This document shows positions 37,606-47,884 of a stretch of 64,000 nucleotides of DNA, in pieces; positions within the stretch are counted from its first letter, which is position 1; each line of letters starts with the position of its first letter. The notes beneath the pieces were generated by a model that saw only the letters and a list, made by a program, of their open reading frames with translations, was not told the DNA's origin and did not search any database. The translations under genes and the position numbers were made by a program. The stretch is taken from assembly GCF_044704955.1 (NCBI RefSeq), contig NW_027251843.1, positions 310,001 through 374,000 on the forward strand, read 5' to 3'. The stretch is from Pristiophorus japonicus (taxonomy: Eukaryota).

Positions 37606-38159
37606 GATACTCAAAATCATATTGGACTATTGTGTAAACATCTGCAGTGCAGGGTTGGCACACATTCAGCACTGAAATGGTTAATTAACAGTAAGGGACG
37701 GGAAAGACAGAGTGTCCCGTTAAGATGCTGTTCACTGGCAGGAAGCTCGAACTGTAGATGGGTGGATACAGGGGAAACAGGCTCAGCAGTGAGAAAGCTC
37801 AGATCACACACAGATCGGGAGAACTTTATCCGGGAATGTTGCGGCACACTTGTATAAACACACTTCAGCAAGGCTTCATGTTGGGGGTCGGTGTAGAAGC
37901 TTCTAGATTGCATTTAAAAGCTTGCTGCCTAGCACTGCGGTGAGGTCAAGGGTGAGGCTACAATTAGCCTCAATGTTCCGGGGTCAGGCAGGGTCACTGC
38001 TCCCAATGATCCCATGACCTCCTGGAAGATCAGAGTGCGCGGACAATGGGCGAGGGTCAGGATCAGGGCCCTCCCACTTCAATGAAAGAAAGCCTTTGAA
38101 TTTATATAGCGCCTTTCGCAACCTCAGGATGTCCCAAGTTGCTTTATAACCAATTGCAC

Positions 38160-41100
38160 ACAGGAAGATTTACGAGGATGTTGCCTGGACTGGAAAATTT
38201 GAGCCATGAGGAAAGATTGGATAGGCTGGGTTTCTTTTCTTTGGAACAGAGGAGGCTGAGGGGAGACCTTATTGAGGTGTATAAACTTATGAGGGGCCTA
38301 GATAGAGCGGATATGAAGGATCTATTTCCATTAGCAGAGGGGTCAACAACCAAGGCATAGATTTAAAGTAATTGGTGGGAGGTTTAGAGGGGATTTGAGG
38401 GGACATGTCTTCACCCAGAGCGTGGTGGGGGTCTGGAACTCACTGCCTGAAAGGGTGGTAGAGGCAGAAACCCTCACCACATTTAAAAAGTACTTGGATA
38501 TGCACGTAAAGTGCCGTAACCCACAGGGCTATGGACCAAGAGCTGGAAAGTGGGATTAGGCTGGATAGATCTTTGTCGGCCGGTGTGGACACGATGGGCC
38601 GAATGGCCTCCTTTCATGCTGTAAATTTATCTGATTCTATGAAGCTCCCAGACTGCAATAAGATCATGATCAGATCATCGGTTTTAACTATGTTGGTTGT
38701 GGGATAAATATTGCCCTTCCAATAGTGATTATGAGATCTTTCATGTCCACCTGAGAGGGCAGACGGGACTTCGGTTTAACGTCTCATCTGAAAGACGGCA
38801 ACTCTGGAGGATATGTTAGAAGGATCATCAAATGAGGCCATATGGGTTAAACTGATAAACATAAAAGGGGCGATCACACTGCTGGGAGTGTACTATAGAC
38901 CCCTCAACAGTCAGAGGGAGATAGAAGAGAAAATATGTCAGCAAATTGCTGAGAAGGTCAAAAACAATCGGGCAGCAATCGTCGGGGATTTCAACTCCCC
39001 TCACATTAACTGGGATGGAATAGAGGGCGCAGAATTCTTCAAATGCATTCAGGAGAACTTTTATAGCCAGTACTTAGCAAGCCCAACAAGGGAGGGGGCG
39101 GTTCTGGGCTTAGTTTTAGGGAATGAAGCTGGGCAGGTGGAAGGGGTATCAGTGGGAGAGCATTTTGATGCTCGTGATCATAATTCAGTTAGATTTAGGG
39201 TAGTTATGGAAAAGGACAAAGATCGAGCAGGAATAAAGGTTCTCAATTGTGGAAAGGCCCATTTTACTCAGCTGAGAGGTGATTTAGCAAAAGTGGGCTG
39301 GAAACAGCTACTTGAAGGTAAATCAGTGTCAGGGCAGTGGGAGGCATTCAAGGGGAAGATAGTGAGGGTTCAGAGCAAGTATGTTCCCACAAAGGAAAAG
39401 GGTGGCACTCCCAAATCTAGAGCCCCCTGGATGTCGAAGGGCATACAGGGTAGGATAAGGCAAAAAAGGGACGCTTATGTCAGATACCCAGAGCTAAATA
39501 CTGCAGAAAGCCCAGAGGTGTATAGAAAGTCCTGGGGTGAAATTGAAAAGGAAATTAGGAATGCAAAGAGAAGGCATGAAAAAATATTGGCAAGTAAAAT
39601 CAAGGAAAACTCAAAGATGTTTTTTAAATACGCAAAGAGCAAGAGGATAACTAGGAAAAGAGTTGGGCCTATTGGAGAACAAAAAGGTAACCTGTGTGTG
39701 GAGGCGGAAAATGTGGGTATGGTTCTTCGTGAATACTTTGCATCTGTCTTCACAGAAGAGAGGGACGATGCAGACATTGTAATTGAGGAGAAGTGTGAAT
39801 ATTAGATGAGATAAACATAGTGAGAGAGGAAGTATTAAGGGGCTTAGCAGCTTTGAAAGTGGATAAATACCAGGCCTGGATGAAATGTATCCCAGGTTGT
39901 TGAGAGAAGCAAGGGAGGAAGTAACGGAGGCTCTGACCATCATTTTCCAATCCTCTCTAGCTACAGGTGTGGTGTCATAAGACTGGAGGACTGTTAACGT
40001 AGTACCTTTGTTTCAAAACGGAGAAAGAGATAGACCGAGTAATTACAGGCCAGTCAGCTCAACCTCAGTGGTGGGAAAATTATTAGAAACAATTCTGAGG
40101 AAGAGGATAAATTGTCAGATAGAAAGGGACGGATTAATCAAGGACAGTCAGCACGGATTTGTTCAGGGAAGGTCGTGCCTGACTAACTTGATTGAATTTT
40201 TTGCGGAGATAACAAGGAGGGTCGATGAGTGTTGCACCTTTGATGTAGTATACATGGATTTTTGCAAGGCTTTTGGCAAAGTCTCACGTGGCAGAAAAGT
40301 AAAAGCCTATGGGATCCAAGGAAAAGTGGAAAGTTGGATCCAAAATTGGCTCAGTGGCAGGAAGCAAAGGGTAATGGTCAACGGGTGTTTTTTGACTGGA
40401 AGGTTGTTTCGAGTGGGGTTCCGCAGGGCTCAGTACTAAGTCCCTTGTTCTTTGTAATATACACCAATGATTTAGGCTTATATTCAATGGAATTTAGAAG
40501 AATGAGAGGGGATCTCATAGAAACATATAAAATTCAGACGGGATTGGACAGGTTAGATGCAGGAAGAATGTTCCCGATGTTGGGGAAGTCCAGAACCAAG
40601 GGTTACAGTCGAAGGATAACGGGTAAGCCATTTAAGACCGAGATGAGGAGAAACTTCTTCACTCAGAGAGTTCTGAGCATGTGGAATTCTCGACCACAGA
40701 AAATTGTTGAGGCCAATTCGTTAGATATATGCAAAAGGGAGTTCGATGTGGCCCTTACGGCTAAAGGGATCAAGGGGTATGGAGAGAAAGCCGGAATGGG
40801 GTACTGAAGTGCATGATCAGCCACGGTCATATTGAATGGTGTTGCAGTCTCGACGGGCCAAATGGCCTACTCCGGCACCTATTTTCAATGTTTATATGTT
40901 TCTACTTCAACGTCGGGGACATGATCCCCTACAAGGTTCCACACAAGAGATTGGTGTGCAAAATCAAAGCACATGGTATGTGGGGTAATATACTGATGTG
41001 GATAGAGAACTGGTTGGCAGACAGGAAGCAGAGAGTTGGGATAAACGGGTCCTTTTCAGAATGACAGGCAGTGACTAGTGGAGTGCCGCAGGGCTCAGTG

Positions 41101-42150
41101 CTGGGACCCCAGCTCTTTACAATGTACATCAATGAGACAAGGGGTATGGAGAGAAAGCAGGAAAGAGATACTGAGGGAATGATCAGCCATGATCTTATTG
41201 AATGGTGTTGCAGGCTCGAAGGGCCGAATGGCCTACTCCTGCACCTATTTTCTATGTTTCTATTTTTCTATGATTAAGAAGTTTGCAGATGATACATAAA
41301 CTGGCCGTGCGGTTGGTAGTGAGGAAGAAAGCTGTGGACAGCAGGAAGATATCAATGGACTGGTCAGGTGGGTAGAACAGTGGCAAATGGAATTCAATCC
41401 AGAGAACTGTGAGGTAATGCATTTGGGGAGGGCTAACAAGGCAAGGGAATAAACATTAAATGGTAGGACACTGAGAAGTGTAGAGGAATAATGGGACACT
41501 GGAATGCAGGTCCACAGATCCTTGAAGGTAGTAGGCCAGGTCGATAAGATGGTTAAGAAGACATACGGAATACTTGACTTTATTAGTCGCGGCATGGAAT
41601 ACAAGAGCAGGGAAGTTATGCTATAATTGTATAAAACACTATTTAGACCAGAGGAAGAGCACTGTGTGCAGTTCTGGTCACCACATTACAGGAAATGTGT
41701 GATTGCACCACAGAGGATACAGAGGAAATTTACAAGAATGTTCCCAGGACTGGAAATTTTTAGCGATGAGGAAAGATTGGATTGGCTGAGGTTATTTTCT
41801 TTGGAGCAGGGGAGGCTGAGGGGAGATTTAATTGAGGTGTATAACATTATGAGGGGCCTAGATAGAGTGGCTAGGATGGACCGATTTCCCTTAATAGAGA
41901 GGTCAACAACCAGGTGATATAGATTTAAGGTGTGGGTAGAGGGAAGTTGAGGAGAAATATTTTCCCCCAGAAGGTGGTGGGGGTCTGGAACTCACTGCCT
42001 GAAAGGGAGGTCGAGGCAGAAACCCTCACCACATTTAAGAAGTACTTGGATGTGCACTTCAAGTGCCGTAACCCACAGGGCTACGGACCAAGAGCTGGAA
42101 AGTGGGATTAGGTTGGATAGCTCTTTGTTGGCCGGCACAGAGGCTAGGCT
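38160..42150 (+). mobile_element. Stack of nested CR1 fragments (EN, RT, several 3' ends) in the J-C intron
   Basis: ORFs 38139..38360, 38813..39805 (YYRP, GDFN), 40008..40439, 40262..40807, 41627..41917. Confidence 0.9.
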
Positions 42151-42164
42151 GAATGGTGTCAGCA

Positions 42165-42445
42165 AGTGGCTCAGTTGGTAGCACCCTCGCTTCTGAGTTA
42201 AAAATTGTGAATTCAAATCCCACTCCGGTGTCCTGGCCAATATTTATTCCTTAATCAACAAAACAAAATCAGTTTATTTTGTCATTATCACATTGCTGTT
42301 TGTGGGAGCTTACTGTGCACAAATTAGCTGCTGCATTTCCTACATTACAACAGTGACTATACTCCAAAAAGTATTTCATTGGCTGTAAAGCATTTTGGGT
42401 AGTCTGGTGGTCATGAAAGGCACTATATAAATGCAAGTCTTTCTT
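42165..42445 (+). mobile_element. Internally deleted Deu SINE
   Basis: gtggctcagttggtagcac head joined to ccggtgtcctggccaatatt and tail. Confidence 0.75.
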
Positions 42446-42511
42446 TTCTCAGAGCCGAGCGTGCTAGTGACTGAGCCACGATTGACACCTCACGGTCGAT
42501 TAGCCTGACAC

Positions 42512-42735
42512 GCTCAGTCTCTGGGCTCACACTGGGACAGTGAGCCCACTTGGGGAGCTCAGTCTCTGGGCTCACACTGGGACAATGAGGCCACTTGGGG
42601 AGCTCAGTCTCTGGGCTCACACTGGGACAATGAGCCCACTTGGGGAGCTCAGTCTCTGGGCTCACACTGGAACAGTGAGCCCACTTGGGGAGCTCAGTCT
42701 CTGGGCTCACACTGGAACAGTGAGCACACTTGGGG
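42512..42735. repeat. 45-bp minisatellite, ~5 copies
   Basis: agctcagtctctgggctcacactgggacagtgagcccacttgggg. Confidence 0.92.
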
Positions 42736-42987
42736 AGGGGAGCTGTGCCCCAGAGGTAGTGCCTTCAGGAGTGAGATGGGGAACAGATCACAGGCAGCCT
42801 GTGGTGTAGAGGGGAGACATTTCACCGGCCGAGGGCAGGTGCTGAGCCCGTTTACCTGTAAGAATGAGGTAAGTGGATGGGGAAAATGGGCCGGGCACTG
42901 AGGTAACGTCCTGTGTTGCTGGTGGAACTCCTGCTGTCTGCTCCGTCACATGTGACAAACACGCAGACACATCAGGCGGACATCTGG

Positions 42988-43445
42988 GATGGGGGATTGT
43001 CCAATGGAGAGATTGAATAGACTAGGCCTATATTCTCTAGTGTTTATAAGAAAGAGAGGGGATCCCATTGAAACGTACAAAATTCTGACAGGGCTTGACA
43101 GTGTAGATGCAGGGAGAATGCTTCCTCTGGCTGGGGAGTCTAGAACCAGGGGTCACAGTCTCAGAATAAGGGGTCGGCCATTCAGGACTGAGATGAGGAG
43201 AAACTTCTTCACTCAGAGGGTGGTGAATCTCTGGAATTCTCTACCCCAGAGGGCTGTGGAGGCTCAGTCCTTGAGAATATTCCAAAGATCGATAGATTTT
43301 TGGATATTAAGGGAATCGAGGGATATGGGGACAGTGCAGGAAAGTGGAGTTGAGGTAGAAGATCAGCCATGATCTCATTGAATGGCGGAGCAGGCTCGAG
43401 GGGCCGAATGGACTCCTCCTGCTCCTAATTCCCATGTTCTTATGG
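42988..43445 (+). mobile_element. CR1 3' end
   Basis: ORF 42989..43372. Confidence 0.88.
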
Positions 43446-43549
43446 AACGTTAGTCCGTGATCTGGGGATTTTCTGCTGGGTCCAGGTTTAATCAGCAGGG
43501 GAATTGTGCGAGTCCCAGTTAATAAAAAGAAAAGAGAAATTAAAGAAAG

Positions 43550-43745
43550 ACCTGCATTTATATAGCGCCTTTCACACCTCAAGATTTTTCAAAGTGCTTC
43601 ACAGCCAATGAAGTACATTTTTGAAGTGCGGTCATTGTTGTAATGTGGGAAACACGGCAACCAATATGTGCACAGCAAGCTCCCACACACAACAATGAGG
43701 TAATTGAGATTTTTAAGCGATGTAGGTTGCGGGATAAATATCGGC
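43550..43745 (-). mobile_element. Deu SINE 3' part
   Basis: Matches 37134-37350. Confidence 0.75.
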
Positions 43746-44269
43746 CTGAACTCGAGCCACAGAAACAGCAACTGAGAGTCTCCCCACAACCCTGGAGCAC
43801 TGCAGCCGCCGGATTGCGAGCCCTGCTGCCCCTGTTTGTGATCAGAAGTTGGACAGGAGGTGAGCGGGGGCTGGACAGATCAGAGTTGGAGCTGGGGGAG
43901 GCGGGACCTCGGGAGTGTCAGTGTGCTGAGGCTGAGCTCAGTTATATCAGAGACTGTGACAGGAGCACAGACTGCCCCCAGCGAGCTCACTCACTCACAC
44001 CCACACTCTGCCTGTGTCTCACACACCGTGTCTGTCACACTGAGACAGGCAGGAGGCTCGGGAGCGATTTCCGGGGATGGTACAGGGATGGGACCGCAGT
44101 GTGCCAACGTCCAGATCTCCTCCACACGGTGGGTAACAGTTCGTTACTTATACTTTGCTGGGTGAAGGGGGAGTGTGGGTAAAGGAACACAGCCGGGCTC
44201 CCTGTCATACACAGCACTCTTCAATTAACCCTTTCATTCACCGCAGCTCCCCACCATATTATATAACCC

Positions 44270-44690
44270 ATACAGAGGCACAGGAGAGGGTGCAGTGAAG
44301 GTTTACAAGGATGGGACCAGAAATGCGAGGGTGTACATATCAGGAAAGGATGAACAGGCTGGGGCTCTTTTCTCTTGAGGCTGAGGGGTGACCTGATCGA
44401 GTTCTTTAACATGAGGAAAGGTTTTGATAGAGTGGATACAGAGAGAGTGTTTCCACTTGTGGGGAAGAGCAGAACTAGAGGCCATCAATATAAGATAGTC
44501 AGCAAGAAATCCAATCGGGAATTCAGGAGAAAATTCTTTACCCAGCGAGTGGTGAGAATGTGGAACTGGCTACCACAGGGAGTGATTGAAGTGAATAGTA
44601 TCGATGTATTTAAGGGGAGGCTAGACAGGGATATGAGGGAGAAGGGAATATGCTGATAGATTTAGATGAGAAAAGACGGGAGGCTCGAGT
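44270..44690 (+). mobile_element. CR1 3' end
   Basis: ORF 44375..44656 RLRGDLIE...FFTQRVVRMWN. Confidence 0.85.
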
Positions 44691-44790
44691 GTAATCATAT
44701 GTAAACTAAAACCTTCGCATATTCAGCATTTGTGTCTTGGAAAGATTCAGTATTTAAAGTGTTAATAACGGAGCATTGGGGTTTACTTAC

Positions 44791-44825
44791 TCAGTCTGAG
44801 CTTGGTTCCTTTACTGAACGTGAGC
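44791..44825 (-). CDS. IGKJ: Ig kappa-type J segment, LTFSKGTKLRL (non-canonical FSKG)
   Basis: Preceded by a 23-RSS, followed by phase-1 donor A|GTAAGT at 44785-44790. Confidence 0.92.
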
Positions 44826-44864
44826 CACAGTGATAGCTTCCAGTGCAGAAGCTGTACAATATCC
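44826..44864 (-). promoter_or_regulatory. J recombination signal sequence, 23-bp spacer
   Basis: Plus-strand reading: CACAGTG 44826-44832, 23 nt, ACAATATCC 44856-44864 (2 mismatches to ACAAAAACC). Confidence 0.9.
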
Positions 44865-44888
44865 TCCGTCCCTGCCTCACTCAATCTC

Positions 44889-45037
44889 NNNNNNNNNNNN
44901 NNNNNNNNNNNNNNNNNNNNNNNNNNNNNNNNNNNNNNNNNNNNNNNNNNNNNNNNNNNNNNNNNNNNNNNNNNNNNNNNNNNNNNNNNNNNNNNNNNNN
45001 NNNNNNNNNNNNNNNNNNNNNNNNNNNNNNNNNNNNN
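44889..45037. other. Assembly gap (149 N) followed by a CT-rich microsatellite to ~45215
   Basis: N run in the sequence. Confidence 1.
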
Positions 45038-45484
45038 GCGTCTCACTCTGTTTCTCTCTCACTCACTTTCCCCCCCCACTTTTTCTCCCTCTCCCTCACT
45101 CATTCACTCATTCTCTCCTTCTCTCACTCTCTCCCTCTCCCTTTCCCTCACTCACTCACTCTCTCTCACTCACTCTCCCTTTCCCTCACAAACACTCTCC
45201 CTCCCTGCCTCTCCAAGTTGCCTGTGGCAGTACCCGGGAAAGTTGGGGATCCGACGTGTTTGGGACAAATCTCCCAGCTGCCCTTCCCGCCCCATCAGAC
45301 GGTAACCCTGGGGCCACGGAATTGCTGGAGAATGAAAGTCCCCCTCACACAGGGCTCACCTCTTTGGGCCCCTTGAACAACGGGCTCGGTCTGCAAGCGA
45401 GATGTTTGTGTTGCTGATACAGGACTTCCTCGGGGATCATTATAAAATAACGAGTTTCAGGGGCTTCAGAAATCTGTTTCCTCA

Positions 45485-45900
45485 GTCCGTGAACCGTGTG
45501 TACGTGGAGTGTGAGAGGATGCAGCCCCTCTTCCACTATTTGAAGGGGCTGCTCCTCAATTTCTGGCTCCACTTCAGTCCCACGCTCCTGGGCCTGGTCA
45601 CCTGGTGCGAGGGGAGCGGGCAGGTCAGAGGGCCTCCCCATGGGCCTGCTCCTGGGTCTGGCCACTCGGTGAGGGGGGAGCGGGCAGGTCGGAGGGCCTC
45701 CCCGTGGGCCTCCCCATGAGCCTGCCCAAGGTGGCCATCCACAGGTCCCAGTTGCACGGAGCCCATGGGCTGGTCGCACTGCCTGCCTGCCTCCCTTCGG
45801 GGGATTTGTCCGCATCTGGGTGGCCCTGGAGACGGAGCCCAGGGTAGACCTGAGGCCTTCTGCGACGAGTGGGCACCGCAGGGCCTGGAGTGTGGGTTGG
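45485..45900 (+). mobile_element. Tx1/L1-clade LINE 3' fragment between J and V
   Basis: VYVECERMQPLFHYLKGLLLNFWLHFSPTLL...GRSEGLPVGLPMSLPKVAIHRS, recognised from memory; internal duplication. Confidence 0.65.
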
Positions 45901-46294
45901 GCAGGGAAAGAGCACGAACATTTCACTTGTTCACTTTCCTTTCATGTTTATGCTTTGGGTTTTATAAGTTGTGGCCCTCTCGATAGTGGGGAGTTTGTGA
46001 GATGATTTGGATTGAGGACACAGGGACCACCCAGTGTCTCTGTGCTGTCTGAATGTACAGAGTAGAGCTGTGAGATTCTCAGTGATGAAGACACAGCCCC
46101 AATTCCTCTCTGACCCACTCCATCCTTTCCCAATTCACTGCAACTTCCAGCTGAATATTCCTGCCGTCACTCCCATCGAGCTGTGTGTCAGTCATGTGTA
46201 AAACCGTACAGGAGGTGGGGCTGTGTGTCCATTATTATATATTATATATAACTGTGGGGTGAGTCAGTACAGGAGGTGGCGCTGTGTATATTGA

Positions 46295-46322
46295 GGTTTT
46301 TGTACGGCTGTGTATCACAGTG
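46295..46322 (-). promoter_or_regulatory. V recombination signal sequence, 12-bp spacer
   Basis: Minus: CACTGTG-atacacagccgt-ACAAAAACC (perfect nonamer). Confidence 0.95.
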
Positions 46323-46621
46323 TAGAGGGGAGCTGTAATATTGCTGACAGTAATAGACTGCGACATCTTCTCTCTGCACGTTGCTGATGCTCAGGGTGTA
46401 CGTGTTGGACTGGTAACTGCCGGTGAAGCGATTGGAGGTTCCAGTGAAACGAGATACTGCATTATAGATCAGCAGAGTGGGTTTCTGCCCGGCTTTCTGC
46501 TGGTACCAATGAACATCATTGCTGGCGGATGCACTGGCGGTATAGGTGATGGTTGCAGTCTGTCCCTCACTCACTGACAGCACCGGGGGAGACTGGGTCA
46601 TGATGACGTCCCCACTGATAC
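46323..46621 (-). CDS. IGKV: Ig kappa-type V exon; open frame but Cys23 replaced by Tyr (possible pseudogene)
   Basis: Acceptor cccctcAG; GISGDVIMTQSPPVLSV...TITY...VHWYQQKAGQKPTLLIY...EDVAVYYCQQYYSSPL. Confidence 0.95.
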
Positions 46622-46808
46622 CTGAGGGGGAAATGGGGAAAGAAAGTGAAGTAAACACTGTCACAGAAAGACGCTGTAAAATGAGAGGTTGCTCGAGACA
46701 CTGAGCTCTTCTCTAGTGTCAGCATTTGCCCTTCAATCACTGGTCAGTAGAGTTGGACAGAAATCGACAGCAGGGAGATATTAAACGTGGAAGGAGAGAG
46801 ATTGGTAC

Positions 46809-46857
46809 CTGCGACGCAGAATGCCAGAGGCCAGATCAGCTGGATGGGTGAAATCAT
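46809..46857 (-). CDS. IGKV: Leader exon MISPIQLIWPLAFCVA(G)
   Basis: accATG, 49 nt, phase-1 donor CAG|GTACC, in frame with the V exon. Confidence 0.93.
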
Positions 46858-46916
46858 GGTGTCTGCTCCTGTCCCTGTGCCTGCTTACTGATAAACTGCC
46901 CTTCACTGGGTTCTGC

Positions 46917-46970
46917 TTTATAAACCTGCAGCCTGAGAGAGTCTCACTGCCCATCTCTCAGTATGTAAAT
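46917..46970 (-). promoter_or_regulatory. V promoter: TATA box and variant octamer
   Basis: TTTATAAA 46917-46924; ATTTACAT (sense) 46963-46970 versus consensus ATTTGCAT. Confidence 0.75.
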
Positions 46971-47621
46971 GTCTTCACCCAGAGAAAGCCACATCAGCAC
47001 ATTTCACTTCCTCTTCTTCTCCCCGTCTGTCTCCCTCCCTCTTCACCTCCCTCTCCCTTCCTCTCTCCATTCCCCCCCTCTCTCTCCATCCCCCCCTCTC
47101 TCTCCATCCCTCCCTCTCTCTCTCCATTACTTCCTCTTTCTCCCTCTCTCTTCCCCACAGACTCCCAGGTGCAATACACTGAAATGCAGAGTAAACCTCC
47201 CTGTGCCCTGCCCCACCAATGGATGTTAACCCTTGACCCCAGACCATACCTTCTCCTGGAGTAAGGCCCCATTCCCCACAGTGGCCATCCCTTGGCCTCT
47301 CTCAGTAAACTAGCTGTTTATTCCCCAGTTAAGGGCCGTTCTGTGCTGTGGCCCTATTCTCAGTGGGGACCGGATTGGACAGAAAGCTCATTTCATGAAG
47401 GCCCAGCAGAGGGAGGAGATCCTCACCCCATCAGTGTGAGCTGGAGCGACAGGACAGGGTCTGACCCACTGCCCCATCCTGTCTGCTCAGAACATCTTCG
47501 ATTCCCTTCCCCTTTCCTTCCCCTTCCATGGCCCCGCTCCGGTTCAGGGTGTTTTTACTGGGATCAGCTGCCGACGATTGCACGTTTACAACAGGAAGGG
47601 TCCGCACTCCATATCCCACTG

Positions 47622-47877
47622 GTCCTCCAATAGGGCCCAGGAAACATGGCTCCTTCCTATTGGTCCCCCAGTAGTGAACAGGAAACCTGGCTCCTTCCTA
47701 TTCGTCCCCGAACAGGGACCAGGAAACATGGATCCTTCCTATTGGTTCTCCAATAGGGAATAGGAAATCGGGCTCCTTCCTATTGGACCTCCAATAGGGC
47801 ACAGGAAACATGGCTCCTTCCCATTGGTTCTCGAATCGGGTCCAGGAAATATGGCTCCTTCCTATTGGTCCTCCAAA
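47622..47877. repeat. ~41-bp minisatellite, ~6 copies, CCAAT-rich
   Basis: ccaatagggcccaggaaacatggctccttcctattggtcct. Confidence 0.88.
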
Positions 47878-47884
47878 GACTGAA

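Noticed and set aside
42991-43002. NF-kB-like site GGGGATTGTCC beside the intronic E-boxes
   Set aside because: Mismatched to consensus and lies inside CR1 coding sequence
43643-44182. 179-aa ORF in the J-C intron
   Set aside because: Begins inside a SINE, has no recognisable domain and is antisense to the Ig gene
44802-45417. Long ORFs between J and V
   Set aside because: Artefacts of the N gap and the CT microsatellite
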